Position numbers and translations under genes: made by a program. Shown here one piece after another: positions 37,524-47,912 of a DNA stretch of 64,000 nucleotides; position 1 is the first letter of the stretch; each line of letters opens with the position of its first letter. The notes under the pieces are model-generated. The model saw only the letters and a program-made list of their open reading frames with translations, was not told the origin of the DNA and did not search any database. The stretch is taken from sequence record SRR31156797_2750, one strand, 5' to 3'.

Positions 37524-39131
37524 ATGGAAGGTAAAATCCTCGGAATTATTATCTATTTATGTGGCATATTTTATCTAGGGTATCGTGCCTGGAAAAACAC
37601 AAAACAATCTACGGACTATATGCTTGCAGGTCGTGGCATGAATCCTTTTGTCCTTGCCATGTCTTACGGTGCGACTTTTGTTTCAACTTCAGCCATTATT
37701 GGCTTTGGCGGAGTGTCCGGCATGTTTGGCATGTCTTTGCTCTGGCTAACTTTTTTGACCATATTTGTCGGTATTTTCATCGCCATGGTCTTTTTTGGTA
37801 AACGCACACGGCGCATGGGGCTGGCTCTTGATTCTCACACGTTCCCTGAACTTTTGGGAAGACGTTATAAATCAAAATTCATTCAACAATTTTCAGGTGT
37901 TGTCATATTTGTATTTATTCCGGTATACGCTGCCGCTGTTCTTATCGGTATTTGTCGGATGCTTGAGGTGGCATTTCCCGCTGTGAGTTATGGGGCATGG
38001 TTGCTTATTGTGACAGCCATTGTTGCCATGTATGTCATTACCGGCGGTCTCAAAGCCGTCATGTACACAGACGCCTTTCAGGGGACGATTATGGCTGCGA
38101 TGATGCTTATCTTAATTGTTACCACCTACTCACTTCTTGGTGGTATGACTGAAGCTCATCAGGCATTGACTGATATGATTAATTTGGTACCTGCCAAATT
38201 GCAGCAAGGTGGCCTCGTCGGCTGGACAACCGGACCGCATTTGCAGTCTCCAATAGGTCTGACCATCTATACTACTATTATATATGGTGTCGGTATTGGT
38301 GTTTTGGCGCAGCCACAGTTGGCCATTCGATTCATGACTGTACCGTCTGACCGCGAGTTAAACCGAGCTGTTGCCATCGGCGGTGTCTTCATTCTTCTGA
38401 TGACCGGTGTCGCATTTCTTGCGGGCGCATTGTCCAATGTTGTTTTCTATAAGGAGTTCGGCAAGATATCTATTGTCATGGCCGGCGGTAATTTTGATAA
38501 AATTATCCCTCTTTATATCGACAAGATTATGCCGGGTTGGTTTTCAGGTCTTTTCCTTGTCGCCATGTTTGCGGCAGCCATGTCCACCATGAGCTCCCAG
38601 TATCATGTAGGCGGCACTTCGCTGTCCCGTGATTTTTTGGAACAGCACATATCCATTGGCAATGCTGGATCTTCAATGAAACTTAATCGGTTGGGAGTAA
38701 CTGTTGCTGTTATCGCTACCCTGATTTGGGCGTGGCTTCTACCCGGTGGAGTTATTGCGCGTGCCACGGCCTTTTTCTTTGGCCTGTGTGCGGCATCCTT
38801 TCTGCCCATCTATGTTTTGGGGCTTTATTGGAAAGGTATGACTAAAATCGGGGCCAAAATATCCATGGTCGGTGGTTTCGTTTTCTCCATGTTCTGGCTT
38901 TTGTTCATTCACCTTAAGGAAGCCGCACCAATTGGATTGTGTCAGGCTTTGACCGGACAAGTGACCTTGGTGGCAAACACGTCAAAAGGTTCGTGGATCT
39001 GGTTGCTTCAATGGGTTGACCCCAATGTTGTCGCCCTGCCCGTTTCGTTAGCTTTGGCAGTCGGCATAAGTCTTGCCACCCGACGAATGGAACAAAAACA
39101 TCTTGATCTCTGCTGGGACGGTCTATGCTAA
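37524..39131 (+). CDS. Sodium:solute symporter (SSS/PutP family)
   Basis: DYMLAGR, SYGATFVSTSAIIG, ITGGLKAVMYTDAFQG, AQPQLAIRF, FAAAMSTMSS, GLYWK; about 13 TM segments. Confidence 0.93.
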   Translation: MEGKILGIIIYLCGIFYLGYRAWKNTKQSTDYMLAGRGMNPFVLAMSYGATFVSTSAIIGFGGVSGMFGMSLLWLTFLTIFVGIFIAMVFFGKRTRRMGLALDSHTFPELLGRRYKSKFIQQFSGVVIFVFIPVYAAAVLIGICRMLEVAFPAVSYGAWLLIVTAIVAMYVITGGLKAVMYTDAFQGTIMAAMMLILIVTTYSLLGGMTEAHQALTDMINLVPAKLQQGGLVGWTTGPHLQSPIGLTIYTTIIYGVGIGVLAQPQLAIRFMTVPSDRELNRAVAIGGVFILLMTGVAFLAGALSNVVFYKEFGKISIVMAGGNFDKIIPLYIDKIMPGWFSGLFLVAMFAAAMSTMSSQYHVGGTSLSRDFLEQHISIGNAGSSMKLNRLGVTVAVIATLIWAWLLPGGVIARATAFFFGLCAASFLPIYVLGLYWKGMTKIGAKISMVGGFVFSMFWLLFIHLKEAAPIGLCQALTGQVTLVANTSKGSWIWLLQWVDPNVVALPVSLALAVGISLATRRMEQKHLDLCWDGLC

Positions 39132-39156
39132 CTATTCAATGTTATTAGGAAAACAT

Positions 39157-39191
39157 GGGTGCCGGAAGAATCAAGCCGGCACCCTTTTTTT
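39157..39191 (+). terminator. Terminator after the symporter
   Basis: gggtgccgg...ccggcaccc ttttttt. Confidence 0.85.
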
Positions 39192-39261
39192 ATGAGTAAT
39201 TGACAGCCGCACGCATTGCGCACATAAAAAGCCATTCACGAACAAAAGGATTGGATAAAAT

Positions 39262-39720
39262 ATGAAAAAGATCGATGTAAACGTCAAATTCCTGCACCCA
39301 GTCTGGGAAGAAAATGAACTTGCCTATGCAACCGAACATTCTGCCGGACTTGATTTGCGTGCTTGTATTGACACTGAGGACCTTGAAATCGGTCCCGGTG
39401 AAAAGGCTGCCATTCCTGCTGGAGTTGCCATTGAAATCCGTGAACCGAGTATTGCCGGTTACGTTTTTTCACGCAGCGGCCTTGGCACCAAGGATGGCCT
39501 GACCGTTAGTCAGGGCGTTGGCGTTATTGATCCCGATTATCGTGGTGAGATTAAGGTTTCCCTGCTGAACACCTCGGACAAGGTGCGACGAATTAAGCGC
39601 GGACAGCGCATCGCACAATTGGTGTTCATGCCCATCTTCCAAGCTGCCATTCTTCCGGTCGAGGAACTCGGCGATACGAACAGAGGCGCTGGAGGATTCG
39701 GGTCTACGGGAAAACATTAA
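39262..39720 (+). CDS. dut: dUTP diphosphatase
   Basis: SAGLDL, RSGLG, GVIDPDYRGEI, RIAQLV, RGAGGFGSTG. Confidence 0.97.
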   Translation: MKKIDVNVKFLHPVWEENELAYATEHSAGLDLRACIDTEDLEIGPGEKAAIPAGVAIEIREPSIAGYVFSRSGLGTKDGLTVSQGVGVIDPDYRGEIKVSLLNTSDKVRRIKRGQRIAQLVFMPIFQAAILPVEELGDTNRGAGGFGSTGKH

Positions 39721-39738
39721 CTCAATAGAGATATAGAA

Positions 39739-40956
39739 ATGAGCAATAAATTCGATGAAATAGTTAAAAAAGAAAATGCCCTCCTCTGTAACACTTATGG
39801 TCGGTACCCGTTGGCTATTTCCAAGGCCAAGGATTGCAGATTATATGACCTTGATGGCAATGAGTATTATGATTTTCTGGCAGGCATCGCGGTATGCAGC
39901 CTTGGTCACAGCCGTGAGGATTTGGCAGAAGTCATGGCCGAGCAGGCTAAGAAATTGGTTCATGTTTCCAACCTGTTTTATCAGGAACCGCAACTGGTAC
40001 TGGCTGAAAAACTTTTAAGCACATGCAATGCCGAAAAAGTCTTTTTCTGTAACTCTGGTGCAGAAGCTAACGAAGGAGCCATTAAGCTTGCCCGCAAGTA
40101 TATGGCCACAGTTAGAAAAGATGATCGTTACGAAATTATCACCTTAGAAAAATCCTTTCATGGCAGAACGTTGTCCACACTGACGGCGACTGGGCAAACA
40201 GGTCCAATCAAGGACGGTTTTTCTCCATTACCTGAAGGATTCATTACGGTTCCCTTTGGTAATGTGAATGCCTTACGTGGGGCTATTGGCAAGAATACGG
40301 CTGCAATTATGATTGAAATGGTCCAGGGAGAAGGCGGTGCTCGTCCTCTGCCAAGTGATTATGTTAATGATATCGTTCAGCTGTGCAAAGAAAATGGTAT
40401 TCTTCTTATTGTCGACGAAGTTCAGACGGGCGTATGCCGGACCGGGAAAATGTGGGCGCATCAGCATTATAATATTACGCCTGATATTTTTACTTCTGCC
40501 AAGGCGTTGGCCAACGGTCTGCCTATGGGGGCTGTGTTGTGTACGGATGAACTTGCCAAGGGCTTCACGCTTGGCTCTCATGGCACCACATTTGGTGGTG
40601 GAGCTGTTGTATCCGCTGTTGCTGCCAAAGTTCTGGACATCATGATTGACGAAAAAATGGCAGAACACGCATGGGACATGGGAGAATTTGCCGTAGCAGA
40701 AGCACAAAAATTGAAAGCCAAGTATCCCGATAAAATTGCTGGAACCCGTGGCCTTGGATTGTTGTTCGGTATTGAACTGACTTTTAATGGTGCGAATGTC
40801 TGGAAGGCGTTACTTGAGCATAAAATGGTTTGCAACCTCACTCAGGGAACCATTTTGCGTCTAGTGCCTCCCCTGACTATTACAAAAGAAGATATCACAG
40901 TCTTCATGAATGTTTTGGATACAATACTTGAAACCGTAGAAATCCAGTCCGCTTGA
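39739..40956 (+). CDS. argD: Acetylornithine aminotransferase (class III PLP)
   Basis: DFLAGIAV, HVSNL, FFCNSGAEANE, SFHGRT, VQGEGG, DEVQTG, AKALANG, HGTTFGG. Confidence 0.9.
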   Translation: MSNKFDEIVKKENALLCNTYGRYPLAISKAKDCRLYDLDGNEYYDFLAGIAVCSLGHSREDLAEVMAEQAKKLVHVSNLFYQEPQLVLAEKLLSTCNAEKVFFCNSGAEANEGAIKLARKYMATVRKDDRYEIITLEKSFHGRTLSTLTATGQTGPIKDGFSPLPEGFITVPFGNVNALRGAIGKNTAAIMIEMVQGEGGARPLPSDYVNDIVQLCKENGILLIVDEVQTGVCRTGKMWAHQHYNITPDIFTSAKALANGLPMGAVLCTDELAKGFTLGSHGTTFGGGAVVSAVAAKVLDIMIDEKMAEHAWDMGEFAVAEAQKLKAKYPDKIAGTRGLGLLFGIELTFNGANVWKALLEHKMVCNLTQGTILRLVPPLTITKEDITVFMNVLDTILETVEIQSA

Positions 40957-41001
40957 CCGCTCACTGTGTAGAGCGTATCTTTTAAAAAGAGGTACGTTGT
41001 C

Positions 41002-41214
41002 ATGAGTGGCGTCGCTCCTATAGGTTCGGTCAATGAGTATCAGCCCCTTACCCGAGAGGATGAGCGGGAACGTATTGAGCCGGACAATCAACCTCCTGTG
41101 CATGAAAAGTCCACAGAGGCTGTACAGGGAGCTGTTCGTAAGCAGTCCGAAAATGAAACCATTTACGGATTTAAATACACGGGCAGAGGCTCATTCATTG
41201 ATAAGGTATTCTAA
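41002..41214 (+). CDS. Small hypothetical protein (70 aa)
   Basis: SD AGAGG, co-directional with neighbours, fills the gap; followed by a hairpin at 41243-41268. Confidence 0.6.
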   Translation: MSGVAPIGSVNEYQPLTREDERERIEPDNQPPVHEKSTEAVQGAVRKQSENETIYGFKYTGRGSFIDKVF

Positions 41215-41298
41215 TTGATACCAACGATATAATACATCATACAAGGCCGGGACATGGTTCCCGGCCTTACCATATGCAACCACTGGAGACACCACGAC

Positions 41299-42162
41299 AT
41301 GTCCACCCTTTTGAAGATCGAAATTGTCATTGCCGATGAACTGGCTGATGAAGCCGAAGGATTTATATCCACCAGAGTTGCTCATGGATGGGAAGAAGGC
41401 GAAGCTGAAAACGGTCGTCGAATGACAATCTTTCTCGAAGATCACCCTTCTGGCAGACAGATTGCGCAAGATTTTCAAGCACAATTCCCAAAAGCATCCG
41501 TAATTTGTTCAGAAGAAGAACCGCAGGATTGGGTCATGGCATGGAAGGACTTTTTTACCCCTGTCAATTGTGGTGAAACATTCAAGATTTTTCCTCCGTG
41601 GCTTAATGAAGATGCGAAAAACGGTACTACGCATATTGTTATTGAACCCAAAATGGCTTTTGGAACAGGACATCACCCGACGACATCATTGTGTTTGGGG
41701 ACAATTGGGACACTGGCAAAGGAAAAACATATTCATTCGGGGCAGACTTTTCTCGACCTTGGAACCGGGTCTGGTATCCTTGCCATTGGCCTTGCCAAGG
41801 CTGGTTTGACCGGTGTGGGCTTGGATATTGACCCGATTGCCATCCCATGTGCCGTTGAAAATGCAGAAATTAATGACGTTGCAGATTCTGTTGAAATGGC
41901 GGTCGGAACCATTGAGTGCCTTGATGAAGATGCGAAGTTTGATTTGATTGTTGCCAACATTCTTTCCGGCCCGCTTATTGAAATTGCTTCGGACATCCTT
42001 GCTCACATTGCTCCCGGCGGTTCTCTTGTCCTTTCTGGAATTTTGGCTGAAAAACAGTCTGATGCCGTGGCCCAGGCTTATGACAGACGAGGAATAGGCA
42101 TGCCGCAACGGTTTGTGGAAGGCGAATGGGTCTGCCTTGTCTGGGAAAACATCAAGAGATAG
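41299..42162 (+). CDS. prmA: Ribosomal protein L11 methyltransferase
   Basis: DWVMAWK, IEPKMAFGTGHHPTT, LDLGTGSGILA, VANIL, LSGIL. SD GGAG before ATG 41299. Confidence 0.93.
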   Translation: MSTLLKIEIVIADELADEAEGFISTRVAHGWEEGEAENGRRMTIFLEDHPSGRQIAQDFQAQFPKASVICSEEEPQDWVMAWKDFFTPVNCGETFKIFPPWLNEDAKNGTTHIVIEPKMAFGTGHHPTTSLCLGTIGTLAKEKHIHSGQTFLDLGTGSGILAIGLAKAGLTGVGLDIDPIAIPCAVENAEINDVADSVEMAVGTIECLDEDAKFDLIVANILSGPLIEIASDILAHIAPGGSLVLSGILAEKQSDAVAQAYDRRGIGMPQRFVEGEWVCLVWENIKR

Positions 42163-42167
42163 CACCC

Positions 42168-42818
42168 ATGTCTCAAGCTGACACAATTTTAGGCATGTAT
42201 GAAGCCATGCACGCTGCACTTGGCGATAGCAATTGGTGGCCCGGCGAAACACCTTTCGAAATTTCGATAGGGGCTATCCTGACACAGAATACGAACTGGA
42301 CGAATGTTGAAAAGGCCATCGACAATCTCAAGAATGCTGACTTGCTGTCGCCTGAAGCGATGCATGATCAGGATATCCATGAATTGGCAGGATTGATTCG
42401 TCCGGCTGGATATTACAATATTAAGGCTCGTCGGATATTTAACTTTCTCGCATTTCTGAAAAATGAAGTTTCCTACGATTTGTTGGCATTAAAAGAGTCT
42501 TCTTTGGAAGATGTCCGGCCCAAAGTACTTGGTGTCAATGGAATCGGGCCGGAAACAGCCGATGCAATTCTTTTGTATGCACTTGAGTTTCCAACCTTTG
42601 TCGTCGATACATATACAGCCAGACTCGTCCACAGACACGGATTGGCTTTCGAAGGAATTGATTACCACGAGCTTCAATCTCTTTTCATGGACGTTTTGCC
42701 GCAAGATGTGGCAATGTACAATGAATACCACGCCCTTATAGTCCGCATCGGCAAGGATTGGTGTAAAAAGAAACAAGGGCTGTGTGACACCTGCCCCCTA
42801 AAACACTTTTTAGAGTAA
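42168..42818 (+). CDS. Endonuclease III-related HhH-GPD protein
   Basis: WWPGETPFE, GAILTQNTNW, IRPAGYY, GIGPETAD, EYHAL, C-x5-C-x2-CP. Confidence 0.88.
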   Translation: MSQADTILGMYEAMHAALGDSNWWPGETPFEISIGAILTQNTNWTNVEKAIDNLKNADLLSPEAMHDQDIHELAGLIRPAGYYNIKARRIFNFLAFLKNEVSYDLLALKESSLEDVRPKVLGVNGIGPETADAILLYALEFPTFVVDTYTARLVHRHGLAFEGIDYHELQSLFMDVLPQDVAMYNEYHALIVRIGKDWCKKKQGLCDTCPLKHFLE

Positions 42819-42826
42819 CAGACTGA

Positions 42827-43933
42827 ATGTATAAGCATTTTCTACTTATTCTTCTTATGACTTTACTCCTGACCGGCGTTGTCTTTGCTCAGGATGAAGG
42901 TGATATGTTGCATGAATCATTGCAACAAGAGCACGAACGTGCTGACGAGAATGAACAAAAAGTTCGTGATTTGACTCGGAAGGCCGGACGAATTTCAACC
43001 CGCCTTTCGGACATTGAACACGATGTGAAGTATTTGCAGGGAAAGATTCGCAAGCAGGAAAGATTTCTCAGCAAGATTAAAGAGAATGAACGCAAAGCTC
43101 GACAGGATCATTTTGCACTGGAAGAGGAAAAGCAACGGATATCCCTTGAGCTTTCCGGCTTGATGCAAACCTTGTGGCCCGTTCATTTACAAAATGTGCG
43201 TGCTCGATTTGAAGGCGTTGACAGTTGGGCAATGTTTGACCGTCGATTTAATTGGCTGGCTGAGATTTATGGGGCAACCAGTGATAAATTGGACGAAGCT
43301 CATGAAAATTCTAAACAAATCGCCAAAAATCTTGAGCAACAACGACTTTTGGAAGTTGAGGCTGAAAAACAACTCGCTAGTATTAACAAGAATAAAGATC
43401 GTTTGTTGGGCAACAAATATACCCTTCGAAAGAATTTGAAGACAATCCGCAAACAACGACAAGATGTTGAAACTGAGTTAACCGAGATTCTTTCGACTAT
43501 TGAAGATCTTAAGTATCAGTTGCAATCTCAAAAAACCAAACGATTTTCTCTTTATAAGCGCACCCTTCCGTGGCCTGTTCAAGGACGCTTGGTGTCTGGT
43601 TTTAACCTTCGGGCAAAGCCGCCGATTCGTGGATTGGTCATTAGGACAAAAGAAGGTGCCAATGTTCAAGCTGTTTTTTGGGGCAAGGTTGTCCACAACG
43701 ATACTTTGCGGGGGTTTGGACATGTGGTGATTCTTTATCATGGATATGATTATTACAGCCTTTACGCCTATTTGGCAGATACTTTTGTCAGGAATGGACA
43801 AGAGGTTGAGAAAGATGAACCCTTGGGAACAGTTGGTTTTTATCCCAAGGCCGATGGGCCTGGATTGTATTTTGAATTGCGTTTTCATCAAAAACCAATT
43901 AATCCAAGAAATTGGTTAACAGCTTTAAAATGA
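42827..43933 (+). CDS. EnvC-like murein hydrolase activator (coiled coil + M23 domain)
   Basis: Signal peptide, long coiled coil, LPWPVQG, YSLYAYL, LYFELR..PINP. Confidence 0.85.
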   Translation: MYKHFLLILLMTLLLTGVVFAQDEGDMLHESLQQEHERADENEQKVRDLTRKAGRISTRLSDIEHDVKYLQGKIRKQERFLSKIKENERKARQDHFALEEEKQRISLELSGLMQTLWPVHLQNVRARFEGVDSWAMFDRRFNWLAEIYGATSDKLDEAHENSKQIAKNLEQQRLLEVEAEKQLASINKNKDRLLGNKYTLRKNLKTIRKQRQDVETELTEILSTIEDLKYQLQSQKTKRFSLYKRTLPWPVQGRLVSGFNLRAKPPIRGLVIRTKEGANVQAVFWGKVVHNDTLRGFGHVVILYHGYDYYSLYAYLADTFVRNGQEVEKDEPLGTVGFYPKADGPGLYFELRFHQKPINPRNWLTALK

Positions 43934-43984
43934 TAATCGTTAACCCTTTATAATACTCAGGACTCCGTTTTTCGGGAGGCTTTC

Positions 43985-45271
43985 ATGCGCGTCACGCTTT
44001 GGATAGTTACATTTCTTCTTCTTTTTACTCTTACCATCGCCCCTGCACCGACCATGGCAGGCAGGGAAGATCATTTTGAGGCGCTCAAACGCTTCTCCCA
44101 GATTCTTGACTTGGTTGAAGGGCACTACGTAAAGCCTATTTCCAAAAAGGAACTCATCGACAATTCCATTAAGGGAATGATTGAACAGTTGGACCCCCAT
44201 TCCGCTTATTTGACCCCGGAAGATTTCAAAGAAATGCAAGTTGATACTGCTGGTAAGTTCAGCGGTATCGGTATTGAAATCAGTCAGGAACAGGGCCGCA
44301 TTCTTGTAGTTTCTCCCATTGAAGATACCCCTGCATACAAGGCCGGTCTGCTTGCCGGTGATCTTATTCTTGAAATCAACGGCGAGTCGACTCAAGGCAT
44401 GACTTTAATGGACGCTGTAAAGCGTATCCGCGGAGAGAAAGGAACGACAGTTACCTTGCTCATTCTGCACAAGGAATCCAACAAGCCTGTGGAAGTGCCT
44501 ATCGTTCGCGGCACTATTCCCATCGTTAACGTCAAGAGCCAGTCTCTTGAGGATGGATATTTATACCTCCGTTTAACCAAGTTTCAGGAATCCTCCACTC
44601 GTAATCTGCGTGAAGAAATCGAGAAATATCAGAAGAATCATACCCTCAAAGGTATTGTCTTTGACTTGAGAAATAACCCCGGAGGTCTTCTTGGTCAGGC
44701 GGTTTCCGTCGCCGACACCTTTATCGAAGACGGTACAATTGTTTACATTCAAGGAAAGGACAAGGCCAATCGTAAAGACTTCTATGCCACCAAGAATTCC
44801 AATGAAATCAAGGTGCCTCTTGTTACATTGATCAACGCTGGTTCTGCTTCGGCTTCCGAGATCGTAGCTGGCGCTCTTCAAGATCACCATCGCTCTCTCA
44901 TTGTCGGTGAAGGTTCCTTTGGCAAGGGGTCGGTGCAAACCATTATTCCCATGTCTGATGGTTCCGGCATTAAATTGACTACCGCGTTGTATTATACTCC
45001 CAGCGGACGTTCCATTCAGGCCACCGGGATTGAACCTGATCTTCGTATTCCTTTCGTGGCCCCCAACAAGGACGACGATGCCGGTATGCGCGACAGGTTT
45101 ACCCTTCGGGAAAAAGACCTGAATAGACATCTTGAGAACGGCTCCAAGTCGTCCAAGAGTGGTAAGGATGCTGACGCAGAAAAGGCCAAAGATATGCTTG
45201 CTCGTGACAACCAGCTTCGTATGGCTTTGGAATTGGTCAAAAGCCTGCCGAAACTGAGAGAAATCAGATAA
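43985..45271 (+). CDS. S41A carboxyl-terminal processing protease
   Basis: LDPHSAY, GIGIEI (PDZ), DLRNNPGGLL, SASASEIVAGALQD, SFGKGSVQ. Confidence 0.93.
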   Translation: MRVTLWIVTFLLLFTLTIAPAPTMAGREDHFEALKRFSQILDLVEGHYVKPISKKELIDNSIKGMIEQLDPHSAYLTPEDFKEMQVDTAGKFSGIGIEISQEQGRILVVSPIEDTPAYKAGLLAGDLILEINGESTQGMTLMDAVKRIRGEKGTTVTLLILHKESNKPVEVPIVRGTIPIVNVKSQSLEDGYLYLRLTKFQESSTRNLREEIEKYQKNHTLKGIVFDLRNNPGGLLGQAVSVADTFIEDGTIVYIQGKDKANRKDFYATKNSNEIKVPLVTLINAGSASASEIVAGALQDHHRSLIVGEGSFGKGSVQTIIPMSDGSGIKLTTALYYTPSGRSIQATGIEPDLRIPFVAPNKDDDAGMRDRFTLREKDLNRHLENGSKSSKSGKDADAEKAKDMLARDNQLRMALELVKSLPKLREIR

Positions 45272-45289
45272 ATAAGGAAGACCGTTCCC

Positions 45290-46540
45290 ATGGACGATCG
45301 CCCTACTGAACAGACCGATAACAAGACCGGGTTCGATGGATTCCTGCAAAGGATCTATCGGCCCGGTCCTCTTATTTTTCTTTTTATTGTCGCTTTTCTT
45401 GGACTCGTCTCTTTTGGATATTTTCTTTTGACAGAAGAAACTCCTCCTCCCTCTGTTTTGGCATCAGCTCCAACCCCTGACACTCCATCCACAATAATTC
45501 CTGTAAAGCAAACACCCATTGCCAAGGTCTATGAGGAAGAAACAGCCGAGATGGAGGACTTCGTCAAACAGGCCGATTTCGCAATCCTTGAGACATTACG
45601 AGAGCTTGCTGTTGCTATGAGTGATCTTGATTTGGTGGATGTGGAACTTCGCCAGTACGAAGGGCACAGCTATCATTATCAAGTGTTGCAACTTCCCAGA
45701 GTAAAGGACAGAAACAATTTCCTTGTAACTTTAAGAAGACATATTTTTGAGCGTCTGCCTGACGCTATTCTTCTCGATAATGGTGATAATGAGGCCATTA
45801 TTCGAATTAATGATCTCCCCACACATCGGTTGTTGTTAGAAGCAAAACCTGAAATTATTGTCCGTCCTGAAGCAAAAAAACCAAAACTGGCTATTGTTAT
45901 AGATGACATTGGCGAAAATCACACCGTCCTCAAAGGATTGCTTGACCTTGATCTGCCTTTGACTTTCGCGGTCTGGCCCCATGCAAGCCATACAAAGGAT
46001 TCCATTTCTCTCATCGGCTTGAAAAAACGGGATTTAATTATCCATTTCCCCATGGAGCCCAAGGGATATCCCAAAGTCAAACCGGGCGAGGACGCCCTTT
46101 TCGTCAATATGACTACAACTCAGATCCAACAGCAGATCGCTGAAAATTTGAGTAAAGTCCCGCAGGCTATTGGGGTCAATAACCACATGGGGTCCCGTTT
46201 TACGGCTTTTTCTCCTGGAATGAAGACTGCCTTAACGGAATTTAAGCGACGTGGATTATTCTTTTTGGATAGCATGACATCTGCCCAAAGCGTTGGGCGT
46301 CAGACCGCCCAATCTGTTGGTATTCCGTTTTACAAACGGGATATCTTTTTGGATAATGTCAAGGACGTGAACGCTATTGTTCATCAACTCAAAAAAACAG
46401 AGCGTGTAGCGGCCCGTCAAGGAACTGCCATTGCTATCGGCCATCCATACAAAGAGACTTTGGCCGCCTTGAAACAATGGCAGGCTGACAGAAAGCTATC
46501 GATTCAAATCATTTCTCTTTCACAAATTTCGCCCAAATAA
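45290..46540 (+). CDS. Divergent polysaccharide deacetylase family protein (YibQ-like)
   Basis: IVIDDIG, HFPMEP, NNHMGS, FLDSMT, RDIFLDN, AIGHP. Confidence 0.88.
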   Translation: MDDRPTEQTDNKTGFDGFLQRIYRPGPLIFLFIVAFLGLVSFGYFLLTEETPPPSVLASAPTPDTPSTIIPVKQTPIAKVYEEETAEMEDFVKQADFAILETLRELAVAMSDLDLVDVELRQYEGHSYHYQVLQLPRVKDRNNFLVTLRRHIFERLPDAILLDNGDNEAIIRINDLPTHRLLLEAKPEIIVRPEAKKPKLAIVIDDIGENHTVLKGLLDLDLPLTFAVWPHASHTKDSISLIGLKKRDLIIHFPMEPKGYPKVKPGEDALFVNMTTTQIQQQIAENLSKVPQAIGVNNHMGSRFTAFSPGMKTALTEFKRRGLFFLDSMTSAQSVGRQTAQSVGIPFYKRDIFLDNVKDVNAIVHQLKKTERVAARQGTAIAIGHPYKETLAALKQWQADRKLSIQIISLSQISPK

Positions 46541-46812
46541 ACGTTTTTTGGGCTTGGTTGGCATTTTAAATAGGGCACATCTGTATTGTGCTCCCTGTTT
46601 GTTTTTATAGAAATATATACATTATTAGTTTATCCAGAATACATTGGTTTTATTGTTATATGCAGTGATGTTGATGTTGATATTTGAGAAAATCTTATAA
46701 TTTTCTAGAAAATTTCGACTGAATTTACGCCTTTTTATTGCCTAATAAGGGACTCCCGTGTAAAAATACATTTAAGCAATTATCTGTTTTGGTCGATAAG
46801 GAATATTGAACC

Positions 46813-46828
46813 CGGCCCGCTTTTTGCT
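46813..46828 (+). promoter_or_regulatory. Putative sigma54 (-24/-12) promoter of fliM
   Basis: cGGcccgctttttGCt, with exact GG-N10-GC spacing; AT-rich upstream region. Confidence 0.6.
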
Positions 46829-46909
46829 AACGTATTTAAGGTATTCAAATTTCCGGCATCGCCGGTGAAAAACGGGCCGAATATTCGGCAAAAATGAGGC
46901 TTTCTCCCA

Positions 46910-47887
46910 ATGAGCAAAATCCTCGAACAAGATGAAGTTGATGCCCTGCTCCGAGGTTTATCCGGTGGGGACGTCGAAACAGAAACCGAGATACCGGAGG
47001 ACGATACCGGTGTTGTCGCGTTTGATCTGGCCAATCAGGACAGAATCATTCGTGGTCGTATGCCGGTCCTTGAGATCGTCAACGATCGTTTCGCACGTCT
47101 ATGCACCAATGCGCTGGCTAATACCATGCGTAAGCGGGTGGACATCAATCCCATCTCCATTGACATGTCCAAGTTCGGTGACTTCATGCGCTCTCTGCCG
47201 GTCCCGACGTCCATTTCCATTTTTAAGATGGACCCGCTTCGAGGAAATGCCCTGCTCGTCGTCGACTCCAGACTCGTTTTTGCCTTAGTCGAAAATTTCT
47301 TTGGTGGTGCAGGCAGTCAGCCCAAGGTCGAAGGTCGTGATTTTACGCCCATCGAACAGGCCATTGTCGAACGTGTGGTGAAAATTGCTTTGGCAAACAT
47401 GGAAGAATCGTGGAAGCCTGTGCATGAAGTTCATGTTGAAATGGTTCGTACCGAGGTTAACCCGCAATTTGCAGCCATTGTTCCGCCATCAGATGTTGTT
47501 ATTGTCGTCACGTTTGAAGTTGAGTTGGAAAATGCCATTGGTTCTCTCATTGTTTGCCTTCCCTATGCGACAATGGAACCCATTCGTTCAAAGTTGCATG
47601 CATCTTTCCAATCAGAACGTCTTGAAGTCGATCATGTTTGGATTAATCGTTTCAAAGAACGTCTCATGGAAACCCCTGTTGAAATGGTTATTCGCATGGG
47701 ACGGACTTCCATTAGCGGTCGTCAGTTGCTTTACCTTCAGGAAGGCGACATCATACTTCTCGATACGGACGAAGATGAACTGTTGGAAGCAGAAGTCGAA
47801 GGAATTCGTAAATTTCATGGTTTGCCCGGTCGAGTCAAAGGCAACAAATCTTTTCAAGTGGTCAAGGAAGAGGAAATTCGTTTTTAA
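46910..47887 (+). CDS. fliM: Flagellar motor switch protein FliM
   Basis: ILEQDEVDALL (CheY-binding peptide), RIIRGRMPVLE, GRDFTPIE, NPQFAAIV. Confidence 0.96.
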   Translation: MSKILEQDEVDALLRGLSGGDVETETEIPEDDTGVVAFDLANQDRIIRGRMPVLEIVNDRFARLCTNALANTMRKRVDINPISIDMSKFGDFMRSLPVPTSISIFKMDPLRGNALLVVDSRLVFALVENFFGGAGSQPKVEGRDFTPIEQAIVERVVKIALANMEESWKPVHEVHVEMVRTEVNPQFAAIVPPSDVVIVVTFEVELENAIGSLIVCLPYATMEPIRSKLHASFQSERLEVDHVWINRFKERLMETPVEMVIRMGRTSISGRQLLYLQEGDIILLDTDEDELLEAEVEGIRKFHGLPGRVKGNKSFQVVKEEEIRF

Positions 47888-47912
47888 TTTTTCTGCAAGA
47901 AATCATTTATAC

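Noticed and set aside
46840-46909. c-di-GMP riboswitch upstream of fliM
   Set aside because: Lacks the GCAAA / GNRA-receptor consensus; only two short hairpins.
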